IMG/VR virus record: IMGVR_UViG_3300012665_001002
Location: 1 to 27,874 of that record
DNA from: a virus
Lineage: Duplodnaviria; Caudoviricetes
Reading direction: 5' to 3' (one strand)
Length of the DNA stretch: 27,874 nucleotides
Under the pieces are notes generated by a model, which was given only the letters and a program-made list of their open reading frames with translations, was not told where the DNA came from and ran no database searches. Below are positions 1-7,369 of this stretch, one piece after another. The translations under genes and the position numbers were made by a program. The stretch's first letter is position 1. Every line of letters starts with the position of its first letter.

Positions 1-35
1 TCAGGACAAACAATACAATCTACTTATCAGGGTTT
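1..35. repeat. Terminal overlap, left copy (circular assembly)
   Basis: TCAGGACAAACAATACAATCTACTTATCAGGGTTT is identical to 27840-27874, and an ORF reads through the junction. Confidence 0.97.
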
Positions 36-768
36 ATTAAAACTAGCTGATTCAACAACTGGTATTACTGATTCATACCAATCTATTGAGGATGGATTAG
101 GTAATAACACTGGCATTAAGGTAAAAAATAATTTTTTATCACAAATGAATCAGTTATCAATTGGGACATTACCAAATAATTTTTTTGGTGTTGGGATAAC
201 TGTCGGTGTTGTGGCCCTTAGTGCTGGTGTTCAAAATTTAATAAATGGTCAATTATTTTATGATTCAGGTCTATATCAATATTCAGCTATAACATTTAGT
301 CTTAATTTAGCAACAACAACTAGTGATACATTTGAATGTGCTTTTTATACAGCACAAATGGGACCAACAGGAGTATGTGCAAAAGATGTAATTATATCAG
401 GTATAACGGCCTCAACTACAGGAAGCGCTGGATTAAGAACCTATGTATTTCCAAACTATATTTCTTTTTCAGCAAGTCCAGGAATGAATATGTATTTGAC
501 TAAGTATTCTAATTCAGGTGTAACCCCAACAGTTAGATTTAATAGTGCAGCGTTTGGTATTCAAAATGCTTATCATATTTCTAATGCGTATGGGTTTCAA
601 ATAAATGCTGCCGGTAATGCAACAAGTATAGGATTTAAGGCTGCTTCTAATTCGGCTGTTTACAATGGACTAACGACATTTAATACTACTTATAATCCAT
701 CTGATTTTTCAGATGTACTAAATATTGGTGGACTTAATGTAGGATTTGTTTTACATACGGTTAAATAA
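1..768 (+). CDS. Putative virion protein, 3' part (true start at 27828, 259 aa in total)
   Basis: Frame 1 is open from base 1 (SGQTIQSTYQGLLKLADSTTG...) into the ORF called at 145. G/S/T/N-rich composition; lies in the structural cluster. Confidence 0.8.
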   Translation, partial: SGQTIQSTYQGLLKLADSTTGITDSYQSIEDGLGNNTGIKVKNNFLSQMNQLSIGTLPNNFFGVGITVGVVALSAGVQNLINGQLFYDSGLYQYSAITFSLNLATTTSDTFECAFYTAQMGPTGVCAKDVIISGITASTTGSAGLRTYVFPNYISFSASPGMNMYLTKYSNSGVTPTVRFNSAAFGIQNAYHISNAYGFQINAAGNATSIGFKAASNSAVYNGLTTFNTTYNPSDFSDVLNIGGLNVGFVLHTVK

Positions 769-776
769 AATAATAT

Positions 777-860
777 ATGGAGATACTATTTGTTTTAATA
801 GACGATAAACTTGACGCACATTATATCATAACTCACGATGTTGATAATAAGAAAAAATGA
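777..860 (+). CDS. Possible 27-aa small protein (MEILFVLIDDKLDAHYIITHDVDNKKK)
   Basis: ATG after an A/T-rich leader; fills the only gap between two genes. Not in the ORF track. Confidence 0.35.
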   Translation: MEILFVLIDDKLDAHYIITHDVDNKKK

Positions 861-1350
861 AATAAATAATCCAATTGCTACTGTGTCAATGAATAAGACA
901 TTAAGCAATCCGTATTATCTTTTTTCATTCCAACACATTGCCTCTAAAGAAAGGGTTAGTTTCATACCTCAAGTCATAACTTCTAATTGTCGTTATGATA
1001 AGTTTAGGTTTATTGAAGGTCCTACAACCAATCTATCACAAGTCCCTCCTGTGGTGTATTTCCCTTATTTAGGTCAATACTATTATTCTATTTATGAACA
1101 AGTTACTAGTGGGAATACAAACCCTGCATTAGCTTATAATAAACTTGAGAGTGGTAGAGCTATTGTTATTGTTGGTAACGATAATCCTGATGATTGTTTC
1201 TTTGAACCATATATTTCTAATGATGAAGATTTTGCACAGGTGATTTATGTATCTGAAGAAGAACAAGATTGTATTGATGCTGTTACTCCTTCTGTAACTC
1301 CAACTAATACACCAACAAATACACCGACAGTTACCCCAACACCTTCATAA
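838..1350 (+). CDS. Putative virion structural protein with C-terminal Pro/Thr tail
   Basis: 170 aa, directly upstream of the portal; ends VTPSVTPTNTPTNTPTVTPTPS. Confidence 0.65.
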   Translation: MLIIRKNEINNPIATVSMNKTLSNPYYLFSFQHIASKERVSFIPQVITSNCRYDKFRFIEGPTTNLSQVPPVVYFPYLGQYYYSIYEQVTSGNTNPALAYNKLESGRAIVIVGNDNPDDCFFEPYISNDEDFAQVIYVSEEEQDCIDAVTPSVTPTNTPTNTPTVTPTPS

Positions 1351-1367
1351 ACAATTATAAAGAATAA

Positions 1368-1377
1368 TATATTTATA
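1368..1377 (+). promoter_or_regulatory. TATATTTATA box upstream of portal
   Basis: Copy of a recurrent intergenic motif; the 8-mer core ends 6 nt before ATG 1382. Confidence 0.5.
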
Positions 1378-1381
1378 ACTA

Positions 1382-2518
1382 ATGAGCGATAATAAACAAA
1401 AATATGACTTTGGAGTAAGTGAATTTAATGCTGCTTATGTTCCACAATATCAAGAAGTAATAAAAAGTAAGCCGTGGGTATTCTACGGTGATGATAACAT
1501 TTTTCCAAATCATTTATTAGCTCTTTATCAGTATAGCTCAATAAACAGAGCTTGTATAAACGCAATTGACTATGGAGTTAAAGGAAAGAACTTAATTGTT
1601 CTTGAAGGTGATTCTAATAGAATTGGAATGGCTAATAGAAGTGAAACAGTTTATGATGTTTTCCAAAAATGTGCATTAGATAGAGTATTATTCGGAGGAT
1701 TTGCATTGAATGTAGTTAAATCTAATGATGGTGGGATTGCAGAATTTTACCATTCAGATTTTAGTAGGTTGAGAGCAGGTAAAGAAGACGACTTTGGAAA
1801 CATTGACACATATTTCTATTCAATAGATTGGAAGAACCCAACAAAATATAAACCACTTGAAATACCAGGTTTCAATATGTCTCCTGATAGTGCACCCTCA
1901 CAAATAATGTATTTCAAAAGATATTCACCATCAATGTCGTATTATCCACCACCAGATTATTTGGGAGGTGTTACAACTATACAACTTGATATTGAGGTTA
2001 AGAACTTCCATCTTAATAACACACAAAATTCTATGATGCCAAGTATGGCAGTCATATTCAAAAATGGTGTCCCTTCTGAAGAGGAGAGAGACATTATGTA
2101 TAGACAATTGGAGTCAAAATATGCATCTACAAATAATGCTGGTAGGTTCTTTTTGTTTTATGCAGAAACACCTGAAACAGCACCTGAAATAATACCAATA
2201 CCAAATAACGCATCTGATGCATGGTATGGTAATATGGCTCCACAGATAGAACAAACAATATTAACTTCACATCGTATTACATCACCAATGATTCTTGGCA
2301 TTAAAACCGCAGGACAACTTGGTGGAAGAAATGAAATGCTTGATGCGTATGACTTATTCTTGGAAACAGTTATTAGGCCAATACAAGAAGAAATATTAAA
2401 AGGGTTTGAAAAGGTTTTATTCTTAAGGGATAAACAACCTATAAACTTGGGAGTTGAGCAAAACCAACTTCTTCCAACAATAGAACAAGATGTTGTTGGC
2501 AAAATTCAAGGGATATAA
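1382..2518 (+). CDS. Phage portal protein
   Basis: 378 aa with portal-like segments (YYPPPDYLGG, FHLNNTQNSMMPS, STNNAGRF, ILTSHRITSPMILGI, VIRPIQEEI); followed by an adaptor-like gene. Confidence 0.85.
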   Translation: MSDNKQKYDFGVSEFNAAYVPQYQEVIKSKPWVFYGDDNIFPNHLLALYQYSSINRACINAIDYGVKGKNLIVLEGDSNRIGMANRSETVYDVFQKCALDRVLFGGFALNVVKSNDGGIAEFYHSDFSRLRAGKEDDFGNIDTYFYSIDWKNPTKYKPLEIPGFNMSPDSAPSQIMYFKRYSPSMSYYPPPDYLGGVTTIQLDIEVKNFHLNNTQNSMMPSMAVIFKNGVPSEEERDIMYRQLESKYASTNNAGRFFLFYAETPETAPEIIPIPNNASDAWYGNMAPQIEQTILTSHRITSPMILGIKTAGQLGGRNEMLDAYDLFLETVIRPIQEEILKGFEKVLFLRDKQPINLGVEQNQLLPTIEQDVVGKIQGI

Positions 2519-3129
2519 TGGCAACAGTATTATTAGTATCAGAAACAAAAGTTAAAGCTTTCACCACAATCAATCAGAATGTGGATATGGCTTTATTAAC
2601 TAGTTGTATCTATATGGCACAAGAACTTGGTTTGCAAACCTTGATTGGAACGAAGGGGTATGACTATTATATGAACTTGGTTAAACAAGTTCAGTTATCT
2701 GGTGGAACAATGAGTCAACCAGATAGAATTATGTTGGACGAATATATTGCCCCATATCTTATTCATCGTGCATATTATGAGGCAATGCCTGAAATATTTG
2801 CAAGAAAGATGAATAAAGCTATTGTTGTGGGTAATACCGAACAAGGTAATTCTATTGATATGAAAGGTATGGCTTATCTAAGGGATATAGAACAAGGTAG
2901 ATACGAGTTCTATGCACAAAGAATGCAAGACCGCCTTAGGTCATTTCCAAATGACTATCCCTGGTACTATTCATATTCTAGTCAAGATGGTATGCCAAAC
3001 TCTAAACAAACTTATTTTTCAGGTATTCACATTGAACCAGGTATAAGATACCCACCAAGAAGAAATAGTTGGTATGGTAATTTAAGAACTTATCAAGGTC
3101 CAGAGTATAATGCTTGTGTTGATTGTTAA
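2518..3129 (+). CDS. Putative head-tail adaptor (DUF6712-like)
   Basis: TAATG overlap with portal; N-terminus LLVSETKVKAFTTINQNVD and LQTLIGTKGYD resemble recalled DUF6712 proteins; ends CVDC. Confidence 0.6.
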   Translation: MATVLLVSETKVKAFTTINQNVDMALLTSCIYMAQELGLQTLIGTKGYDYYMNLVKQVQLSGGTMSQPDRIMLDEYIAPYLIHRAYYEAMPEIFARKMNKAIVVGNTEQGNSIDMKGMAYLRDIEQGRYEFYAQRMQDRLRSFPNDYPWYYSYSSQDGMPNSKQTYFSGIHIEPGIRYPPRRNSWYGNLRTYQGPEYNACVDC

Positions 3130-3137
3130 TATAACCT

Positions 3138-3389
3138 ATGGAAAACTATATTTTACTAGCTTCTAATATTATAACTGGTGTAGCAGCATGGTTTGCCGGT
3201 AAGAGAAAAGCTAATGCTGAAACAGATAATCAAGTTCTAAGAAACCTTGAATTATCTGTTAATTTATATCGCTCCATTATAGACGACTTAAAGAAAGAAA
3301 TAGAAAGTTTGAATATAAAGGTTCAAGAACTTGAATCAAAAATAGACGAATTACACGAAGAGAATAAAAGATTAAAAAATTCATTATAA
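3138..3389 (+). CDS. Small membrane-anchored coiled-coil protein (possible holin)
   Basis: N-terminal hydrophobic helix YILLASNIITGVAAWFAG, then KRK and heptad repeats. Confidence 0.55.
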   Translation: MENYILLASNIITGVAAWFAGKRKANAETDNQVLRNLELSVNLYRSIIDDLKKEIESLNIKVQELESKIDELHEENKRLKNSL

Positions 3390-3390
3390 G

Positions 3391-3852
3391 ATGCCAATTC
3401 CAAAACCAAAACCAAATGAAGATGAACAAGGGTTTATCTCAAGATGTATAAGTGAACTATTCAATGAATACGGACAAGAACAAGGTGCCGCTATTTGTTA
3501 TTCAACTTGGAGAGAAAAGGACAATATGTCAGAAATAGATTTTGCAACATTACCTACTAGTGACTGTGTTGAGAAACATATGTCTTTAGGTTATAATGAA
3601 AAAGATGCAAAACAAGCTTGTTCTGCTTTCAAACCAGTACCAGAAGACCAACAAGGTGGGGTAGTTGGATTTGGTAGAGTTAAGTTTGAATATCCACCAA
3701 TGGCAAAAGAAAAAATGAATGACTATATGGCCAGATGCATGGCAGATTCAGTAGTTAGGGAGAAAAAACCTAATCGTTCAATAAGAGGTGGATTTTGCTG
3801 GTCTGAATATCAATCAAGATATATTGGTAGTATTGGAAGTAATTGGAAATAA
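3391..3852 (+). CDS. Hypothetical protein with repeated Cys-pair helical modules
   Basis: Internal repeat: PKPNEDEQGFISRC...AAICY versus PMAKEKMNDYMARC...GGFCW; carries QQGGVVG. Confidence 0.7.
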   Translation: MPIPKPKPNEDEQGFISRCISELFNEYGQEQGAAICYSTWREKDNMSEIDFATLPTSDCVEKHMSLGYNEKDAKQACSAFKPVPEDQQGGVVGFGRVKFEYPPMAKEKMNDYMARCMADSVVREKKPNRSIRGGFCWSEYQSRYIGSIGSNWK

Positions 3853-3878
3853 CACCAGACAAACAGAAACAACCCTTC

Positions 3879-3909
3879 CTTGAATTATTTTAACATTTTG
3901 ATATCTTTG
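3879..3909 (+). promoter_or_regulatory. Bacteroidota-type promoter candidate (CTTG-N19-TATCTTTG)
   Basis: TATCTTTG at 3902-3909 matches the TAnnTTTG -7 consensus; TTG at 3880-3882 lies 19 nt upstream. Confidence 0.55.
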
Positions 3910-3910
3910 T

Positions 3911-4282
3911 ATGATGGAAGATAATACACCCAAAATTAGAAGGATTTGCTCAGCGTGTGGTGCTTCAAAGTTATTGAAAGATTACATTAAATGTGTCCAA
4001 TGTATTGATGGTTATAGACCAAGATGTAGACATTGTATTTCTAATAAAATAGAAGCTGTTTATCATACGCCAAGAAAAAAGTTAGAGTATGATGATAATT
4101 TATCAATGTATGGAGTTGGAAAAGATGCTTATATTGAAATGTATCAGTTTCTTGAAAAGATTGGGTATGATTTAACCAGACCAATAGCTGAACAATTTGC
4201 GGAAAAATATAATCTAACTATAAAAGAAAGATGTAAGTTCAAACAAAATAAATATAATCCAAAAAATTTGGGATTGATTTGA
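3911..4282 (+). CDS. Zn-finger protein (start may be 3914)
   Basis: CSAC, CVQC and CRHC motifs. Confidence 0.7.
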   Translation: MMEDNTPKIRRICSACGASKLLKDYIKCVQCIDGYRPRCRHCISNKIEAVYHTPRKKLEYDDNLSMYGVGKDAYIEMYQFLEKIGYDLTRPIAEQFAEKYNLTIKERCKFKQNKYNPKNLGLI

Positions 4283-4310
4283 TATTTTTGTTGTATTTGA
4301 TATATTTATA
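4278..4310 (+). promoter_or_regulatory. Promoter candidate TTTG-N19-TATATTTA for the rep leader
   Basis: TTTG at 4278-4281 and TATATTTA at 4301-4308; same geometry as 5830-5860. Confidence 0.6.
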
Positions 4311-4410
4311 AATGTCCCTCTTCACATTAAGGACATTAAAAAAATTATTGAAACCCTTGTATAGTAATTCTTGAAGTGAAGAGCAAGAATGAAATACAGG
4401 GGTTTTTTAT
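4311..4410 (+). ncRNA. Predicted structured cis-regulatory leader RNA: two hairpins with complementary loops, loop-E motif and U-tract
   Basis: Stem 4311-4317/4331-4337. Stems 4351-4362/4394-4405 and 4367-4373/4384-4390 flank AGUA/GAA. Loops CUCUUCAC (4318-4325) and GUGAAGAG (4376-4383) are exact reverse complements. Confidence 0.75.
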
Positions 4411-4413
4411 ATT

Positions 4414-4914
4414 ATGAAAGATAATAGAAGTACAAAAGAAAGGGGTTTAGTTCTACCCAAAAACTTCGTTGAATCATATTTGAATGATTTAACTGATGAA
4501 GAACAATTAGGTATCATAAACGCAATATTCACTTGGTATATGACTGGTGAAGCACCTGAAATCCAAAATAAGATGGTTAGAGTATTGTTCAACACAACAT
4601 TAGGTTTCCTTGAATCATCCAAGAAAAGTTACGAAGATGGTAAAACTGGTGGAGCACCAAAAGGAAATAACAACGCAAAAAAAACAACCCCCCTTGTTTT
4701 AGAAAACAACCCCCCTTATTTACAAGAACAACCCCCTTTGAAAAATGAAACAACCTTAAGAGAAGAGAAGAGAAAAGAAGAGAAGAGAAAAGAAGAGAAA
4801 CTAGAAGATAATATAAATGAAATTAATTTTTTTAATTATACAAATAAACCAACACCAGACATTGAAGATGTATTGGATAACTTATTATTAAAATTAGGCG
4901 GTAATGGAAAATGA
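4414..4914 (+). CDS. Replication initiator-like protein (DUF6291-like N-terminal domain)
   Basis: LTDEEQLGIINAIFTWYMTGEAP...GKTGGAPKGNNNA resembles recalled DUF6291; internal iterons; EEKRK-repeat linker typical of phage replisome organisers. Confidence 0.75.
   Translation: MKDNRSTKERGLVLPKNFVESYLNDLTDEEQLGIINAIFTWYMTGEAPEIQNKMVRVLFNTTLGFLESSKKSYEDGKTGGAPKGNNNAKKTTPLVLENNPPYLQEQPPLKNETTLREEKRKEEKRKEEKLEDNINEINFFNYTNKPTPDIEDVLDNLLLKLGGNGK
4681..4757 (+). repeat. Four iterons at 22-bp period; putative replication origin
   Basis: AAAACAACCCCCCTT (4681, 4703), AGAACAACCCCCTTT (4725) and GAAACAACCTT (4747). CAAC cores at 4685, 4707, 4729 and 4751. Confidence 0.8.
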
Positions 4915-5083
4915 TTATTCAATTTTGTTAGAATCAGATTGGAATAAAGGCAATGATTCAACAATGAAAGCAATGGATAGAGTTTATATGAATCAATTGT
5001 TCTTAAAGAATTTACATAACTCTCTCAAAGAAAAAAAAGAAGTTATAGAAGAAGAACATATACCTGGCGGCTTTGATGATTGA
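4904..5083 (+). CDS. Hypothetical 59-aa protein (MENDYSILL...PGGFDD)
   Basis: Overlaps the rep stop and fills the gap to the next box; missed by the ORF track. Confidence 0.6.
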   Translation: MENDYSILLESDWNKGNDSTMKAMDRVYMNQLFLKNLHNSLKEKKEVIEEEHIPGGFDD

Positions 5084-5116
5084 TTTTTACTAAAAGCGCG
5101 ATATTTATTATAAATT

Positions 5117-5350
5117 ATGGAAAACAAGAATAAAAATATAGTAACGATAGAAGACATTAGCCTTATCAAGATTGAGAGGAAATATAACTCTGGTCACAAA
5201 GAAACTTATTACTATAATCTCAAAGTTAGCGATATTGATGAATTACTTTTGATAGAAACAAATGACCCATTACCCAAAGATATTATTGGTTCAAAGTTCA
5301 AATTCAATAAAGATAAAACAGAAATAATTGACTTTGCAATTATTATGTAA
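5117..5350 (+). CDS. Hypothetical protein
   Basis: 77-aa ORF preceded by a GATATTTA box at 5100. Confidence 0.7.
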   Translation: MENKNKNIVTIEDISLIKIERKYNSGHKETYYYNLKVSDIDELLLIETNDPLPKDIIGSKFKFNKDKTEIIDFAIIM

Positions 5351-5356
5351 CATACT

Positions 5357-5428
5357 AAGAGGGGGGAAGCCATTCTTACTTAAGTTCCCATGTTCATTTA
5401 TTTTTTTTTTACCCCCCTCTTTTTTTTT
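5357..5428 (+). terminator. Terminator-like stem with an unusually large 45-nt loop
   Basis: AAGAGGGGGG (5357-5366) pairs with CCCCCCTCTT (5412-5421); T-run continues to 5428. Confidence 0.55.
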
Positions 5429-5800
5429 ATGACTTCAACAAATTCATTATATAATTTTTTAGAAGTTATTGTTCAAGACAATTTTACTTATAACTTTCCC
5501 ATCAATGAAGTAAGACTAGAACTTATTAACTTGATGATGTCCCAAGATGAATTTATTTATTTTATGCAACAAGCACACAATAAGCTTGTTAATTCACATG
5601 GCAAAATAACCGCCGATATTTTTACAACTGTTGTGTATAAGGACTTTGATGTTGTAAATAACGACCCAACGCAATTAGAGTATGTAGATTTCGTTTTAAT
5701 CCTTGATTCAATAATAGATAAGCTTGAGAATTTGAGGATAACCAGAGTACCTCCAAACTCACCAGATTACGAGGTGCTTTCTGTTATGTCTAAACATTAA
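5429..5800 (+). CDS. Hypothetical protein (start moved from 5390 to 5429)
   Basis: The upstream MFIYFFFTPLFFF is just the translated hairpin and poly-T; MTSTNSLY... is more plausible. Confidence 0.6.
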   Translation: MTSTNSLYNFLEVIVQDNFTYNFPINEVRLELINLMMSQDEFIYFMQQAHNKLVNSHGKITADIFTTVVYKDFDVVNNDPTQLEYVDFVLILDSIIDKLENLRITRVPPNSPDYEVLSVMSKH

Positions 5801-5829
5801 ATCTATTTAAAAAATATTTTTTTGTTGTA

Positions 5830-5862
5830 TTTGACTTTTGTTGCAATTGTGCTATATTTATA
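5830..5862 (+). promoter_or_regulatory. Promoter candidate TTTG-N19-TATATTTA
   Basis: TTTG at 5830-5833 and TATATTTATA at 5853-5862; heads a run of overlapping or abutting genes. Confidence 0.6.
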
Positions 5863-5875
5863 AAAAAGAAATAAT

Positions 5876-6043
5876 ATGGGACAGACAAAACGACTTTACG
5901 AAATGAATGAGCAACTTATCGGAATTGATGACTTTGGTTATCAGTATGAGCAATGGTTAGAAGAAAGAAGGTTAGAGAATTTAGAACTCCAATATCAAGA
6001 AGAAGTTGGAGCTTATCAAGAAATGTTGGGGGATGTCAAATGA
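5876..6043 (+). CDS. Hypothetical acidic 55-aa protein (MGQTKRLYEM...MLGDVK)
   Basis: First ATG after the promoter; ATGA overlap with the next gene; missed by the ORF track. Confidence 0.7.
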   Translation: MGQTKRLYEMNEQLIGIDDFGYQYEQWLEERRLENLELQYQEEVGAYQEMLGDVK

Positions 6044-6192
6044 AAATACAGGAGCAAATAATAAATGTTGAAACTGGTAGTGAGTATTGGAAAATTTATT
6101 TTGAATTAACTAATAAAAATCAACTAACACTTTCACAATGGGAATTAATAAATAATCAGATAAATAAAATAATTTACGAATTAAATAAATAA
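6040..6192 (+). CDS. Hypothetical 50-aa protein (start moved from 5953)
   Basis: ATGA coupling to the upstream ORF. Confidence 0.6.
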   Translation: MKIQEQIINVETGSEYWKIYFELTNKNQLTLSQWELINNQINKIIYELNK

Positions 6193-6194
6193 AA

Positions 6195-6416
6195 ATGGCA
6201 CAACAAGACACACAAAAAATTATCGTATCGCAGTCAATGATGAAGTTTACCGCAGATTACTTAAAACAAATAAACTTAAATTTACCACTAAAAGATGTTA
6301 TTGCGATTACTAATGTTTTATCGGATTACTGTGTTAATGGTTACAGCAAAGATATTGGTTCAAGATTGGATGCAGTTGATAACTTCATTAAGGAAAAATT
6401 TGATGCAAATGCATAA
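6195..6416 (+). CDS. Hypothetical protein
   Basis: 73-aa ORF with A-rich leader; starts 2 nt after the previous stop. Confidence 0.7.
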   Translation: MAQQDTQKIIVSQSMMKFTADYLKQINLNLPLKDVIAITNVLSDYCVNGYSKDIGSRLDAVDNFIKEKFDANA

Positions 6417-6897
6417 TGAGCAATGGGTAAAATCATTTAGCTTTCCAAACTATGAGGTAAGTGATACTGGAAAGATAAGAAGATTAAAAAACCAAAAAGA
6501 ACTCAAGTTAACAACAAATAGTTCATCTTATGTTGTTGCTAGAATCTATTATAACAAAAAGAAATATACCAAGAGTATATCTAAAATGGTTTGGGAAGCA
6601 TTCAATGAAACCAAATGTACTGAGACAATAGACCACATAGACAGGGACAAATCCAATAATGCATTATCAAACTTGCGTTGTATCAGTTCTAAAGAAAATT
6701 CTTCAAATAGAAATATTTATCGTAAGAAGTATCAATTAACAAATGATATAAAAAAAGAGATAATAAATAAAATTAAGAATGATAATGTTAGTACAGTCAA
6801 GATATGGAAAGAGTATGGTGTACCAACAAATTATATGAGTGTTATTCTTAAGAGAGGTTCTTGGAACAAATTTTTAGATGACAAACAAGGAATATAA
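6409..6897 (+). CDS. NUMOD4-HNH homing-type endonuclease
   Basis: EQW...PNYEVSDTGKIR (NUMOD4), IDHIDRDKSNNALSNLR...EN (HNH) and an HTH-like C-terminus; start moved from 6295. Confidence 0.85.
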   Translation: MHNEQWVKSFSFPNYEVSDTGKIRRLKNQKELKLTTNSSSYVVARIYYNKKKYTKSISKMVWEAFNETKCTETIDHIDRDKSNNALSNLRCISSKENSSNRNIYRKKYQLTNDIKKEIINKIKNDNVSTVKIWKEYGVPTNYMSVILKRGSWNKFLDDKQGI

Positions 6898-7369
6898 TAA
6901 GTTCAAAGAAGTAGCAATGAAAATTTGTGGAGGTGACGAAAGAACCCAAGATTTATTCCACGATGTATTATTACAATTAAGTTCAAATGAGAAATATAAC
7001 CTGCTTGAAGAAAAGAGCAGGTTATATTTTTTTATTAGAACAATGACTAATCAGTTTTATTCAAACAACTCAGCATTCTATAGACAATACAGAAGAATGG
7101 CTTTCAATGAAATAACAAATATGTCTGATAAAATAAATGAAGAGTATATTGATACACCAGACATTCAATGGATTAAAGAAACATTAAGTAATGAAACAAA
7201 GAACAATCCAAAATTCTGGTATGAAGAGGGGATATTCAACTTATACATAGAACATAAAAAGATAGAATCATTACATAGAAAAACCAGAATACCAAAATAT
7301 TCATTAAGAAAAACAATAAACGAAATAAAAGTGTTTCTAAAAATAAAATGGGAGGAACAAAATGGTTAA
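6878..7369 (+). CDS. ECF/sigma70-like factor
   Basis: Region-2-like AMKICGGDERTQDLFHDVLLQL...YFFIRTMTN and region-4-like IESLHRKTRIPKYSLRKTINEIK; 163 aa. Confidence 0.7.
   Translation: MTNKEYNKFKEVAMKICGGDERTQDLFHDVLLQLSSNEKYNLLEEKSRLYFFIRTMTNQFYSNNSAFYRQYRRMAFNEITNMSDKINEEYIDTPDIQWIKETLSNETKNNPKFWYEEGIFNLYIEHKKIESLHRKTRIPKYSLRKTINEIKVFLKIKWEEQNG

Noticed and set aside
1370-1377. TATTTATA as a T4 late promoter (TATAAATA)
   Set aside because: It is the reverse complement and would fire antisense to the genes; the Bacteroidota-like geometry explains it better.
4286-4293. TTTTGTTG operator as an inverted iteron (AAAACAAC)
   Set aside because: It is the complement, not the reverse complement, so it is not the same duplex site.
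4681-4757. 22-bp periodic repeats as a mini CRISPR array
   Set aside because: Repeats and spacers are far too short, lie inside a CDS, and there are no cas genes; iterons fit better.
5953-6039. Track start sites at 5390, 5953, 6295, 7854, 8474 and 9003
   Set aside because: These extensions overlap better-supported upstream ORFs or regulatory DNA; downstream coupled ATGs were used instead.
7093-7103. 11-nt perfect antisense match between the 5367-5377 loop and the sigma gene
   Set aside because: One 11-mer match is plausible by chance in an AT-rich 28-kb genome, and it is not at a gene start.
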